From Flavobacteriales bacterium (GTDB lineage Bacteria > Bacteroidota > Bacteroidia > Flavobacteriales > UBA1820), in the NCBI GenBank assembly GCA_017620815.1, contig JAGAUI010000037.1, forward strand, positions 3,047 through 67,046: a stretch of 64,000 nucleotides of DNA. Direction: 5' to 3'. Made by a program: the position numbers and the translations under genes. The notes beneath the pieces are model-generated. The model ran no database searches and was not told where the DNA came from. It was given only the letters and a program-made list of their open reading frames with translations. Position 1 is the first letter of the stretch; every line of letters begins with the position of its first letter. Positions 1 to 9,759 of this stretch are shown in pieces.

Positions 1-20
1 TATGTTTTATATTCTGATGA

Positions 21-1016
21 TTAAAATGCAGTTGCTTTGAGGTTAAGCCCCATGTCTTCTGGCAGACCAAACATGATGTTCATGTTCTGAACTGCCTGTC
101 CAGAGGCTCCTTTTACTAGGTTGTCTATGACAGATGTGATAAGGAGTTTGTTGCCATGTTTAAGCAGTCCTATGACACATTTGTTGGTATTGACAGCCAT
201 TTTAAGGTGTACGTCTTTGGCGTGAGATATATGGGTAAAGGCGGCTGTACGATAAAAATCTTCATACAGTGCATAAGCCTCTTCTATCGTCCCGTCATAG
301 TCTGTGTATGCTGTGGCATATATACCACGGGTGTGATTACCGCGTATAGGCAGGAAGTAAATCTCGTGTTCAAGACCTCCGTTAAGACGAGATAGAGTCT
401 CTCCTATCTCTCCTAGATGCTGATGTGTAAATGCTTTGTAGTGGGATAGGTTTCCTTCTCTCCATGAAAAATGTGTAGTAGCTGCAGGTTTTACACCTGC
501 TCCTGTAGAGCCTGTGATAGCATTTACATGGATGTCGCTTTTAAGAAGACCAGCAGAGGCTAGTGGTGCTAATGCCAACTGTATAGCTGTAGCAAAACAA
601 CCGGGATTGGCTATGTCGTGAGCTCCTACTATCTTGGCACGATTTACTTCTGGAAGTCCATAGACAAATTTACGTCCCATAAAACGAGAGTCTGCCTTGA
701 GACGGAATTCGTTGGAGAGGTCTATGATGCGTGTATGCTCACACACAGGGTGTTCCTTGAGAAAGTTTCCTGTATCACCGTGGGCGGTACACATAAACAG
801 TACGTCCACCGTAGGGTTAATCTCATCTGTAAAACACATATCTGTAACACCTAGAAGGTCATAGTGTATGCTATGAAGTGGTTTTCCTGCACTAGAAGTA
901 GAATATACAAAATCTACTTTTACCATAGGGTGTCCCATCACTATTCGTAATAGTTCGCCGGCGGTGTATCCAGCACCTCCTACTATGCCTATCTTGATTT
1001 TTTTCTGTGTGTCCAT
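21..1016 (-). CDS. argC: N-acetyl-gamma-glutamyl-phosphate reductase
   Basis: 331 aa. N-terminal Rossmann segment KIGIVGGAGYTAGELLR and active-site segment ANPGCFATA. Lies in a cluster with argG. Confidence 0.93.
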   Translation of the reverse strand: MDTQKKIKIGIVGGAGYTAGELLRIVMGHPMVKVDFVYSTSSAGKPLHSIHYDLLGVTDMCFTDEINPTVDVLFMCTAHGDTGNFLKEHPVCEHTRIIDLSNEFRLKADSRFMGRKFVYGLPEVNRAKIVGAHDIANPGCFATAIQLALAPLASAGLLKSDIHVNAITGSTGAGVKPAATTHFSWREGNLSHYKAFTHQHLGEIGETLSRLNGGLEHEIYFLPIRGNHTRGIYATAYTDYDGTIEEAYALYEDFYRTAAFTHISHAKDVHLKMAVNTNKCVIGLLKHGNKLLITSVIDNLVKGASGQAVQNMNIMFGLPEDMGLNLKATAF

Positions 1017-1040
1017 ATCTTATGTGTTTATAATTTCGTT

Positions 1041-1457
1041 TTATTTATTGTCGTTTTTTATAGTTGGAGGGAGGATAAGGGGGAGACGTTTTTTCTTCCA
1101 TGCCACTATCCCTCCTTCTAAGTTATATACAGTGTATCCGCCTTGTGTGGAGAGTAGTATGGCGGCATGAGAGCTACGCACACCACCATGGCAATACACA
1201 GCAAAAAGACGTTTGCCTTGTAGGGAGTCTATACTTTGCCAGAATGCTATCTCATCACTCACGGGGATATTTATAGCTCCTTCTATATGCCCGGAATTAT
1301 ACTCTTTGGCTGTGCGTACATCTATAAGGTGTACCTTCCCGCAACTATTTATAAATGATTCAAACTGCCGTGGGGTCATATCATAGTAACTCTTGCTACA
1401 CGATGTAACTATGATAGCACATAAAACTATGAGTATGTATTTCCCCAGTGATGGCAT
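1041..1457 (-). CDS. Rhodanese-like sulfurtransferase lipoprotein
   Basis: 138 aa. Signal peptide with a lipobox (IVTSC). Rhodanese fold motifs HLIDVRTAKEYNSGHIEGAINIP and active-site loop CHGGVRS. Confidence 0.85.
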   Translation of the reverse strand: MPSLGKYILIVLCAIIVTSCSKSYYDMTPRQFESFINSCGKVHLIDVRTAKEYNSGHIEGAINIPVSDEIAFWQSIDSLQGKRLFAVYCHGGVRSSHAAILLSTQGGYTVYNLEGGIVAWKKKRLPLILPPTIKNDNK

Positions 1458-1467
1458 AAGGAAAAAT

Positions 1468-2667
1468 TTATTTTTTGTCTTGGTTTACGTGATAGTATAT
1501 TTTGTTGGAAAGAGAAAGAACCTTGATAAATCCTTTGGCATCTTCACCATCAAATGCTTTGTTTTCCTCACCATATGCACCGAAACCGCTGTTCATAAGG
1601 TCGTGGTCTGATGTGATACCTTCCACCATAAACGAATATGGACGCAATATAACGGTAACAGTACCACTTACACATTCCTGTGAAGATTTAAGCAGAGCTT
1701 CCATATCACGCATAACAGGGTCTAGATATTGACCTTCGTGCATAAGCATTCCATAGAAATTACCCACCTGTTCTTTCCAGTAGGCCTGCCATTTGGTCTG
1801 TGTGTGTTTTTCAAGCATGTGGTGAGCCTTGATGATAACCATAGCTGCTGCCGCTTCAAATCCTACACGACCCTTGATACCTATGATGGTATCTCCCACG
1901 TGCATATCACGACCCACACCATAACGCGAAGCTATCTCTTCTAGTTTGGTTATTACAGATAGAGGACTCATCTTTTCACCGTTAAGAGCTACAGGTTCGC
2001 CTTTTTCAAATTCTATGCTCACTGTGCGAGGCTCTTTTTCTACCACTTGTGAAGGGTATGCTTCCTCGGGTAGGGTGCTGTGAGAATGTAGAGTCTCTAC
2101 TCCTCCTACCGATGTACCCCATATACCCTTGTTTATAGAGTATTTGGATTTTTCCCATGATGCTTGAGCTCCGTGTTTTTTAAGGTAGTCTATCTCTTCC
2201 TGACGTGAAAGAGCCATATCACGTATAGGAGTAATGATTTCTATCTCTGGTGCTAGAGTTTGGAATATCATATCAAAACGTACTTGGTCGTTACCAGCAC
2301 CTGTGCTACCATGAGCAACGGCAGTAGCTCCTATTTCTTTGGCATAAGATATGATAGCTATAGCTTGGAATACACGTTCTGAACTTACAGATATAGGGTA
2401 TGTGTTTCCTCTCAACACATTGCCAAATATCATATAACGCACAGCCTTTTCATAAAATTCCTGTGTGATGTCTATATTTTTATGGCTCACAGCTCCTAGT
2501 GCCAATGCCTTTTCTGTAACTGTGTCTAGTTCGCTGGAAGGGAAACCGCCAGTGTTTACAAGTGCGGTGTGAACCTCATAACCTTTGTCTTCTTTGAGGT
2601 ATTTTACGCAGAAGGAAGTATCTAGACCTCCGCTGAAGGCTACCAATACTTTTTTATTGTTTTCCAT
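1468..2667 (-). CDS. argG: Argininosuccinate synthase
   Basis: 399 aa. N-terminal ATP-pyrophosphatase motif AFSGGLDTS and full-length resemblance to ArgG. Confidence 0.95.
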   Translation of the reverse strand: MENNKKVLVAFSGGLDTSFCVKYLKEDKGYEVHTALVNTGGFPSSELDTVTEKALALGAVSHKNIDITQEFYEKAVRYMIFGNVLRGNTYPISVSSERVFQAIAIISYAKEIGATAVAHGSTGAGNDQVRFDMIFQTLAPEIEIITPIRDMALSRQEEIDYLKKHGAQASWEKSKYSINKGIWGTSVGGVETLHSHSTLPEEAYPSQVVEKEPRTVSIEFEKGEPVALNGEKMSPLSVITKLEEIASRYGVGRDMHVGDTIIGIKGRVGFEAAAAMVIIKAHHMLEKHTQTKWQAYWKEQVGNFYGMLMHEGQYLDPVMRDMEALLKSSQECVSGTVTVILRPYSFMVEGITSDHDLMNSGFGAYGEENKAFDGEDAKGFIKVLSLSNKIYYHVNQDKK

Positions 2668-2712
2668 TATATCTATGTTTTATTTATTATTCTCTATGAG
2701 TGTGAAAAAATA

Positions 2713-3330
2713 CTATTTGGAGCTAAGGGTTTCTAGATGGAATGTATCTATAACGCCATCATCTACCTTGACATGAGAGAGGATTTCTTTATCATCATGT
2801 GAAGCAGGGTCATACAGCATACCATAGCATAGACACATACGGCGGTTGTTACGTGATAGAACGTCATAGTTCACACAGCCTTTGCAGCCTTCCCAGAAGG
2901 TATCATCGGTAGTGAGTTCAGAAAAGGTAACAGGAGTGTAACCTATCTCTGTGTTTAGTTTCATAACTGGCAGCGAAGTGGTGATACTGAATATCTTGGA
3001 CGTAGCAAATTTGGTGCGGGCTAGATAGAATGTGCCTAGTTTTATGCGTTTGGCTAGACCAGACATACGGAATTTGGGTACCACGATAAGTCCCGATGTA
3101 GCTACATATTTCTCGTGTTCCCAAGTCTCTATATAACTGAATCCAGCAAACTCTCCATCTTCTGTAAGAGCTATTACAGCCTTGCCAGCACGTATTTTAT
3201 CTTCTATGTATGAAGGGTGGCGTTTGGCAATACCAGTGCCACGCAAATATGCTGCTTTCTCTATTTCATCACAGATGGTCTGTGCATATTTAAGGTGTGA
3301 TAGGTCTGCGACCAATACGTTTATTTTCAT
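2713..3330 (-). CDS. GNAT-family N-acetyltransferase, first gene of the arg cluster
   Basis: 205 aa. GNAT motif-A-like segment VVPKFRMSGLAKRI (RxxGxA). Its position upstream of argG matches Bacteroidetes arg clusters. Confidence 0.7.
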   Translation of the reverse strand: MKINVLVADLSHLKYAQTICDEIEKAAYLRGTGIAKRHPSYIEDKIRAGKAVIALTEDGEFAGFSYIETWEHEKYVATSGLIVVPKFRMSGLAKRIKLGTFYLARTKFATSKIFSITTSLPVMKLNTEIGYTPVTFSELTTDDTFWEGCKGCVNYDVLSRNNRRMCLCYGMLYDPASHDDKEILSHVKVDDGVIDTFHLETLSSK

Positions 3331-3579
3331 TTCTTATGATATAAAAATTCAGATAATTTTATCTCATTTTCCAAAAGTGTAAAGGTATGAAAAATGAATG
3401 TTATAATAATTAAAATATACAGGGAAAAAATGATGTAATACCTCCCTTTAATTAAGGTATGGGGTGTGGACTATCAAGGCGTTATCACGCCTGCATCGGG
3501 AGAGAAAATATGTAGTGTGTCCTGTTTTCATTTGTCCATAGAGGATTACAGAGTGCAAAGGTAAAAAAAAGAATGAAAT

Positions 3580-3611
3580 GCGGCTCAAAAAATATAGATT
3601 TTTTGAGCCGC
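3580..3611 (-). terminator. Stem-loop terminator downstream of the 615-aa Fe-S membrane protein gene
   Basis: Perfect 13-bp arms gcggctcaaaaaa/ttttttgagccgc with a 6-nt loop, 22 nt after the stop at 3633. A/T runs on both sides. Confidence 0.7.
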
Positions 3612-3632
3612 ACCTATCTTATTCTTACAATG

Positions 3633-5480
3633 TTATGCTATGGTGTGTGCTGTAGATTTCTCTATGCTTTCCTCACATGGAGAAGAAAGATTTTTTTCCA
3701 TAGCCTCTACCACTACTTGTGCTATGTCTTTGACTGCCGAATGTCCTTCACTTACCCCTTCAAATGTCTTTTTACATAGTGGACATGCAGTAGCCAGTAC
3801 GTCTGGAGAAGAGGCTGTGAGTTGCTGGAAGGCATCCACTGTTACTGCACGACGGCTTGATTCGCTAAGTGCGGTATTGGCTAGGGAACCTCCACAGCAT
3901 AGAGCTTTCTTGCGGTCTATAGCCGATGGTATAGCTGTAAGGTGAGCCACAGCATCTATCACACGGCGAGGTTCTTTATATACTTTACTGCCTCTGCCTA
4001 AATCACAAGGGTCGTGATATACCACATTGAGTGAAGATTTTTCTACTTTTATACGTCCAGAAGATATAAGACGGTCTATGTATTGGCTGTGGTGGAGTAT
4101 TTCAACGTCTTGTAGAGAGTATTGTTCACAGAATACTTTGTAGCATATAGGACACGATGTAACGAGTGTTTTGGCTCCGCTACGGCGAATGATTTCTGTG
4201 TTTTTCATTATCATAGCACGAGCCGCATCTATCTGTCCTGTAAGTAGCATAGGACGACCACAGCATATAGTGCTAGAAGCATCCATATGCAGGTATTTAT
4301 CCCCACTATTACGCAATATGGTTTTCATAGCGTTTAATATAGATGGCATATTGCGTGTCATGCAACCAGAAAAATACAACACATCGGCCTGTCCTATATC
4401 CATAGCTGGCAGATATGAATAATCACTTTGGTCTTTGGGGGCTTTCAGTTCACGTACGTTCTGTCTTAAACGTATGGAGTCTATACCTACGGGACAAGCC
4501 TGCACACAGCGTCCGCACATAAAGCAGTTTTCGGCACTTTTAAGGGCTGCAGGGTCGCCTTCGCGTAGCTGACGTATGAAATAGACGGCAGTGTCTTTGG
4601 GTTTACGAGCTGCCGATGATATTTGACAGGCATCTATACATATACCGCATCGTGAGCAGGAGTAGATAGCTGCCGTAGCCACACCATCGCCCTTTTTACG
4701 AGAACGAATACCTGCGTTTTTAAATAGTATAAGTAGTGCTTCGGTAGGGATATGCATATATCGTGAGCCCGGCAGTGCAAAGAAAAACAATCCCAATGCT
4801 ATAGAGTATGCCCACCAGAACCCTCGTCCATAGTCTTCGGGGACTATACCTACCAGATACCCTACGGTATTGGTAAGGAAACTGCCTCCTGCTATTTCGG
4901 CAGTGTGGCTTTCGGCAAGTAGTCGCAATGGGAATATGAGCCATAGGGTGTAGAGTGCTATGCGGTCGGCATTTTTAAGACGTGTGGTACGACGCATACC
5001 CATGGCTCGGCTGTTAAACCTTTTATAGAGTGCCATACCTATACCTATGAGTACGAGCAGTAGGAAAAAGTCCATCATGAAAAAGAAAAACGCTCCCTGC
5101 ATACTGTGTTCTGTCTCTTTCATGAAATAACGGAAGAATATAGGGAAATATGGCAGGTTAAGACGGTGTGGAGCATATAGTTTGACTTCTATGTGTCCCA
5201 GTACTATAATCATAAACCAACCGAATGCTATACTCATGTGCATAAATCCCAGTATCTTGTTACGGCGGAATATGCGTACGTGTAGCAGACATTCACATAT
5301 TATATCTTTAATAGATACAAATATCCTCCATGAAAACAGACTCCTGAAAAATCTCTTGCGGTCATCTGTGGGGAGGTCATATATCACTTTGCCAGCAGCT
5401 ACTGCCAGATATATTATTATAAATAGCAGTCCAATGGTAAACGGCAATACAAATGGGTCAAAACTGAATCTTTCTTCCAC
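3633..5480 (-). CDS. Fused membrane (NarI/HdrE/DsrM-like) + HdrD/DsrK-like Fe-S protein
   Basis: 615 aa. About 6 N-terminal TM helices with conserved His residues (GFMHMS, LGHIEV). Two ferredoxin motifs (CSRCGICIDAC, CFMCGRCVQACP). Two CCG-type cysteine-rich domains (ICCGRP...CPICYK; DPCDLGR...CCGGS...CPLCKK). Confidence 0.8.
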   Translation of the reverse strand: MEERFSFDPFVLPFTIGLLFIIIYLAVAAGKVIYDLPTDDRKRFFRSLFSWRIFVSIKDIICECLLHVRIFRRNKILGFMHMSIAFGWFMIIVLGHIEVKLYAPHRLNLPYFPIFFRYFMKETEHSMQGAFFFFMMDFFLLLVLIGIGMALYKRFNSRAMGMRRTTRLKNADRIALYTLWLIFPLRLLAESHTAEIAGGSFLTNTVGYLVGIVPEDYGRGFWWAYSIALGLFFFALPGSRYMHIPTEALLILFKNAGIRSRKKGDGVATAAIYSCSRCGICIDACQISSAARKPKDTAVYFIRQLREGDPAALKSAENCFMCGRCVQACPVGIDSIRLRQNVRELKAPKDQSDYSYLPAMDIGQADVLYFSGCMTRNMPSILNAMKTILRNSGDKYLHMDASSTICCGRPMLLTGQIDAARAMIMKNTEIIRRSGAKTLVTSCPICYKVFCEQYSLQDVEILHHSQYIDRLISSGRIKVEKSSLNVVYHDPCDLGRGSKVYKEPRRVIDAVAHLTAIPSAIDRKKALCCGGSLANTALSESSRRAVTVDAFQQLTASSPDVLATACPLCKKTFEGVSEGHSAVKDIAQVVVEAMEKNLSSPCEESIEKSTAHTIA

Positions 5481-5565
5481 GATGGATGTTTTTTATAAGA
5501 AATTGATATAGATAGGAATAGGATAGTTACACTGCATAGGGTGATTTACAATGGCAGTGTTACCT

Positions 5566-5928
5566 TTAAAAAATGTCGCGTGTAACAGCAGGGGTCTTGC
5601 GCCCATCATCTAGAGCTCGGTATAGTTTGCTCCATAGACTACGCAGGCTTATACCGCGAGGACACAGCATTTGGCAACGTCCACACAACATACATTTTTT
5701 AAGGTCTTCTTTCAGGTTTTCTGTCTGCCCGTTGAGTATCATCAGTTGGATTTTACGGGGATTGTAGGCAGTGAAATGCCCAGCAGTACACCCGGCAGTG
5801 CAAGTCCCACAACCTATGCAAGTGGCAAAACTCTTCTCACGACGAGCCATCTTGCGGGCTAGTGAGAGGTCGGCTTCGTCTAGGTTGAGACGGTTGCTGC
5901 GAGTTATTCCGTATCCGAAATCTATCAT
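5566..5928 (-). CDS. Small 2x[4Fe-4S] ferredoxin-like protein (HdrC/QmoC N-terminal-like)
   Basis: 120 aa. Motifs CIGCGTCTAGC and CMLCGRCQMLCP. There is a 4-nt start/stop overlap with the upstream gene. Confidence 0.75.
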   Translation of the reverse strand: MIDFGYGITRSNRLNLDEADLSLARKMARREKSFATCIGCGTCTAGCTAGHFTAYNPRKIQLMILNGQTENLKEDLKKCMLCGRCQMLCPRGISLRSLWSKLYRALDDGRKTPAVTRDIF

Positions 5929-6950
5929 TTTTTACGTTTTTTCAAGTATTCATCTATTCGTATAGCCGCACTGCGAGCATCGGCTATAGTCTGTGGTATG
6001 GTCTTGGGGCCTGTGCAAGTTCCTGCCAGGAATACACCATCTACTTCGGTCTCGTTACCGCGGGAGAATATATCCACAGGTGTGAGGAATCCTTCTTTAT
6101 TACAGTGAAGTCCTAGCATAGTGGCGATACGGGCAGTATCACTAGCAGGACGCATACCTGCCATAAGAACGAGCATATCTACCGAAAGATTAAGTGTCTG
6201 CCCAGCTAGAGTATCTTCTACTTTAAGGATTACGCTTTTGTCCATCTTTTCGGCAGCTTCACATAGGCGACCTCTTATGAAACGCACACCGTATAGTTTC
6301 TGGGCATTGAAGTACATATCCTCATATGGCAGTTCAAACATTCGCAAGTCCATATAGAAACAATACACTTGTGCATCGGGGTAGAGCTGTTTAATTTCTG
6401 ATGCTTGTTTAACGGCCGTAACGCAACATACCTTTGAACAATAACGGTTGCCTACTTTTTCATCTCGCGAACCTACACAATGTACAAATCCTATGCGGCG
6501 AGGTATGTCTCCGCTACGGGTAAGGACTTTCCCAGAAGAGAACATGGATTCTAGGTCGGCCTGTGTATAGACATTGTCATAGATTCCATAGCCGTATTCT
6601 TCCTTGAGGTGTGCATCAAATAACGAAAACCCACTTGCCACCAGTAGAGCATCGGCATGTATAATGCCTAGAGATTCTGTCCCCACACCTATACGGCCGT
6701 CTTTCATCTTTACCAGCGAAGTTATTCTCTGGTCATAGTGTATGGTTACGCCTTCTCCTAATGGGCGTCTTACATCATCTATGAGGCGTGATGCACGACG
6801 AGAGTCTGGAAATAACCTATCCCATGAAGCTACATTACCTCCATCGTATGTCTTTTTTTCTATGATGGTAACGTTATATCCTATGTCTTTGAGTCTGGCG
6901 GCAGCAGTGAGACCTGCTACACCTGCTCCTATTATGACTACATTTTTCAT
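5925..6950 (-). CDS. HdrA/QmoA-like FAD-dependent oxidoreductase
   Basis: 341 aa. FAD-binding motif VVIIGAGVAGLTAA and the HdrA-type cysteine motif CSKVCC. Confidence 0.75.
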   Translation of the reverse strand: MKNVVIIGAGVAGLTAAARLKDIGYNVTIIEKKTYDGGNVASWDRLFPDSRRASRLIDDVRRPLGEGVTIHYDQRITSLVKMKDGRIGVGTESLGIIHADALLVASGFSLFDAHLKEEYGYGIYDNVYTQADLESMFSSGKVLTRSGDIPRRIGFVHCVGSRDEKVGNRYCSKVCCVTAVKQASEIKQLYPDAQVYCFYMDLRMFELPYEDMYFNAQKLYGVRFIRGRLCEAAEKMDKSVILKVEDTLAGQTLNLSVDMLVLMAGMRPASDTARIATMLGLHCNKEGFLTPVDIFSRGNETEVDGVFLAGTCTGPKTIPQTIADARSAAIRIDEYLKKRKK

Positions 6951-6966
6951 TATCTAGTATGAGAAA

Positions 6967-8085
6967 TTATAAGCAGTGGGGACATAGTTCTGTCTTGAGA
7001 ACACGAGGTTCTTCTGGACGACCTAAATCCTTTCCACCTATTCCTTTGTATTTCTGTGAAGGGTCATATTCTATACCCATTTTATCTAGCAGTGGTTCTA
7101 CCGATGTCTGATGCACCTGTAGTCCCAAATCCCAAGGGTCATAACCTAGTACTAGTCCTGCCAGTTCTTCATAAGTGAGTACCGGTATGCCAAAACCATT
7201 CTCTCCATAGGTCTTGCCTTCCATTTCTGCTATTACATACTGCCAACGGTCCATAAAGTAAGGGCAACCGGGACAGTTGGTTATGATGGCATCGGGGTGA
7301 TATGGTTCCATAGAATCAAATTTCTTTTTGGTATTGGATATGGAGTATCCGCGATTGGCTTGTACTAGATATTGGCGGAAGCCAAAACCACAGCACTGGC
7401 GACGTTCTGGGTAGTCCACTATCTGTCCTCCCCATGCTTCGGCCATGCCAGAAAGCACACAAGGGTATTCGGCTCCTCCCACACCTTTGGAAGGGAACAT
7501 TTTGGCATAGTGGCAGCCTATGTGTTCTACTATACGCAATGGTTCGCCTGTGTTTTTATTTACCAGACGATATTTTGCTTTCTGTGAAATCTCATCGCGT
7601 AGAGAATAGATGATATCGCTAGCATGGGCTACACATTTGGGTAGTACAAGTTCACGTCCAGTGGCTTTATATAGGTTTTCGGCTATGCGTTCTCTTATAT
7701 GTGGGAAATGTTGCCAAGTCTCTAGAAATTCTGTGTATAGTCCAAACGAAGTGATACACGATACAGCAAGGTTTTCATAACCAGCTTCGGCCATAAGTGC
7801 AAACTGACGTGCAACGATAGTCATACTTGTCTCTAGTGGTACTACATCACTGTGATAACCTATGCCACTGCAAGTAGTGTGGTGAGGATTTTCATAAACG
7901 TCCTTGCCTAGGGTCTCACGCATTATCTTGAGAAAATGCACTTCGCTGGCGGGGAATATATTTTGGCGTATGCAGCTGCGTACATAGAAGTATTTATCGG
8001 AAGGGATAACTTTCTGATATTCTTTCCATACGCGGCGGCGACCTGTAAGAGGATTGGTTCCTATGTTATCTATGTCGTGTCCCAT
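6967..8085 (-). CDS. Heterodisulfide reductase subunit B-like (CCG domain) protein
   Basis: 372 aa. CCG-type motif QCCGFGFR...NCPGCPYF. Sits between HdrC-like and HdrA-like genes. Confidence 0.7.
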   Translation of the reverse strand: MGHDIDNIGTNPLTGRRRVWKEYQKVIPSDKYFYVRSCIRQNIFPASEVHFLKIMRETLGKDVYENPHHTTCSGIGYHSDVVPLETSMTIVARQFALMAEAGYENLAVSCITSFGLYTEFLETWQHFPHIRERIAENLYKATGRELVLPKCVAHASDIIYSLRDEISQKAKYRLVNKNTGEPLRIVEHIGCHYAKMFPSKGVGGAEYPCVLSGMAEAWGGQIVDYPERRQCCGFGFRQYLVQANRGYSISNTKKKFDSMEPYHPDAIITNCPGCPYFMDRWQYVIAEMEGKTYGENGFGIPVLTYEELAGLVLGYDPWDLGLQVHQTSVEPLLDKMGIEYDPSQKYKGIGGKDLGRPEEPRVLKTELCPHCL

Positions 8086-8130
8086 AGTGATTTTATCGTG
8101 GTTAATAGGGGATTTTGTGAGGAGATGGTT

Positions 8131-8823
8131 TTATTTAAAATGTGAACCGTTATTCTGTGTAAATACCATCTCATAGTATTCTTCATCACTCATACCCATT
8201 TCGGCGGCCTTGCGTGATGAAGCTTTTTCTATCATTTCAAAACGGGCTTTCCCTCCCGTTACTTCAAATATGCGGTCTAGTTCGTCAAGGGATTCGCGTG
8301 GGATTTGGCGGAGAACACCGGGACCTTCACCGTCTAGATTGGCTCCTAGGCGTTCAAATATGTCTTCTAGGTGTTCTGTCTCCCATTTCCATATAAGTCC
8401 TGCCTCGCGGTGGCGTTCATATGTCATGGTGCGAGGAGTGATACAATAACCCTTGCGGAGTATATTCTCTCCTACGGTACGTTTAAGTGCCAATTGCTGA
8501 CGACCTTTTTCACTCTCTACAAAATAGCCTTCGTCCTGTGAAAGCGAACGAAGTGCCATTATCACCAGCCCCGGAGCGTTCTTACGTGGGCAACGTGTAA
8601 CACAAGACATACATTCGCCACAGTACCATATGACGTCGCTTTTAAGGAGTTCGCGTATCTGGTCATCGTCTTGGCTTTGGACTATATTTACTATGCGTTT
8701 GGGGTCGTATTTATAAAATTCGGCAGCAGGGCATACAGCTGTACAGGTCCCGCAGTTTATACATGCCACGAGCCCCTCCTCAAGACGTACGTCTGATGCT
8801 AGTTTGTCATAAAGTTTTCCCAT
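8131..8823 (-). CDS. Heterodisulfide reductase subunit C-like 2x[4Fe-4S] protein
   Basis: Motifs CINCGTCTAVCP and CGECMSCVTRCP. I prefer the start at MGKLYDKL (8823). The 19-codon upstream extension to 8880 is A/T-rich and contains a near-consensus -7 box. Confidence 0.7.
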   Translation of the reverse strand: MGKLYDKLASDVRLEEGLVACINCGTCTAVCPAAEFYKYDPKRIVNIVQSQDDDQIRELLKSDVIWYCGECMSCVTRCPRKNAPGLVIMALRSLSQDEGYFVESEKGRQQLALKRTVGENILRKGYCITPRTMTYERHREAGLIWKWETEHLEDIFERLGANLDGEGPGVLRQIPRESLDELDRIFEVTGGKARFEMIEKASSRKAAEMGMSDEEYYEMVFTQNNGSHFK

Positions 8824-9074
8824 CGTTTTTTCTGTTTTTACAAATGGTGGGGTAAATGTATAAATAATATTTAAATACACCGCAAAAAGGATAACATATT
8901 TTTATCTATTATAACAAAAAGTAATAGTGTCTTGCCTAAATCAAATGCCATTATAACCAAAACAACTCCTATTCATAAAAAATGATAACAGAAGCAGAAA
9001 GCATAAAAAAATTTGCAGAGAAGGGATAAAACCATTATATTTATTTTCAAACTATAACCCTAAAAATCACTGCT

Positions 9075-9635
9075 ATGAATCCAGAAAAAAACAACGAATG
9101 CTGCTCGTCACATCGTAGAGGTGGTGTATGGCTGCTCTTTATCTCGCTAGTGCTTTTTGCTCTGGCACTGTATGTAACATTCCGCCCTATGGAGAGTTAT
9201 GTGGACTTATCCATAGTATTTGGTTGGATATTTATCTTTATAGGTATATCCAAGATTTTTGTATCTATGTACAGATATGCCTCATCGTGGGGATGGTATC
9301 TGGCCTATGGTATCATTTCACTGGCTCTAGGAGTGTATCTGGTTGCACATCTAGTGCTTACTATGGAGATGCTGCCTATGATATTTGCTTTCTGGTTACT
9401 GCTCCAAGGTTCTTTTGTAATGTCAAACGCCATAACCATGCATCCGCGTAGCGGATGGGGTTGGGTCATGACAGGAGGAGTACTTATAGTCATAGTGTCT
9501 TTCTTCCTGTTATTTATGCCGGCATTGAGTCTTATGACACTCATCATATGGACTGCCATAGGCCTATATGTTGCTGCTGTGGTTTACCTTATCATGGGTA
9601 TCAAGTCCATGAAGGGAAAATGTCATAAAGAGTAA
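9075..9635 (+). CDS. HdeD/DUF308-like small integral membrane protein
   Basis: 186 aa. About 6 TM helices in the repeated pattern typical of HdeD-family proteins. Confidence 0.6.
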   Translation: MNPEKNNECCSSHRRGGVWLLFISLVLFALALYVTFRPMESYVDLSIVFGWIFIFIGISKIFVSMYRYASSWGWYLAYGIISLALGVYLVAHLVLTMEMLPMIFAFWLLLQGSFVMSNAITMHPRSGWGWVMTGGVLIVIVSFFLLFMPALSLMTLIIWTAIGLYVAAVVYLIMGIKSMKGKCHKE

Positions 9636-9650
9636 AATCCTCCTGATGAC

Positions 9651-9686
9651 AAAACGCACTTTGAGCAATTGCTCAAAGTGCGTTTT
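9651..9686 (+). terminator. Rho-independent terminator after the HdeD-like gene
   Basis: Perfect palindrome aaaacgcactttgagca|at|tgctcaaagtgcgtttt followed by T-rich sequence. Confidence 0.8.
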
Positions 9687-9707
9687 GTTTATATGGGACA
9701 TTATAGC

Positions 9708-9715
9708 TATATTTG
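9708..9715 (+). promoter_or_regulatory. Bacteroidetes -7 promoter box (TATATTTG) for fabD
   Basis: Matches the TAnnTTTG consensus, about 45 nt upstream of the fabD ATG. Confidence 0.5.
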
Positions 9716-9759
9716 CACCACCAAAAAAAAGAATATAAACAATACATACACATAACATT

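Noticed and set aside
3385-3425. A possible ARG box (ArgR operator) upstream of the arg cluster, in the sequence atgaaaaatgaatgttataataattaa.
   Set aside because: Only the TGAAT half-site matches the E. coli-type palindrome and the right half is poor. No argR gene is in the window. I cannot score it against a Bacteroidetes-specific motif.
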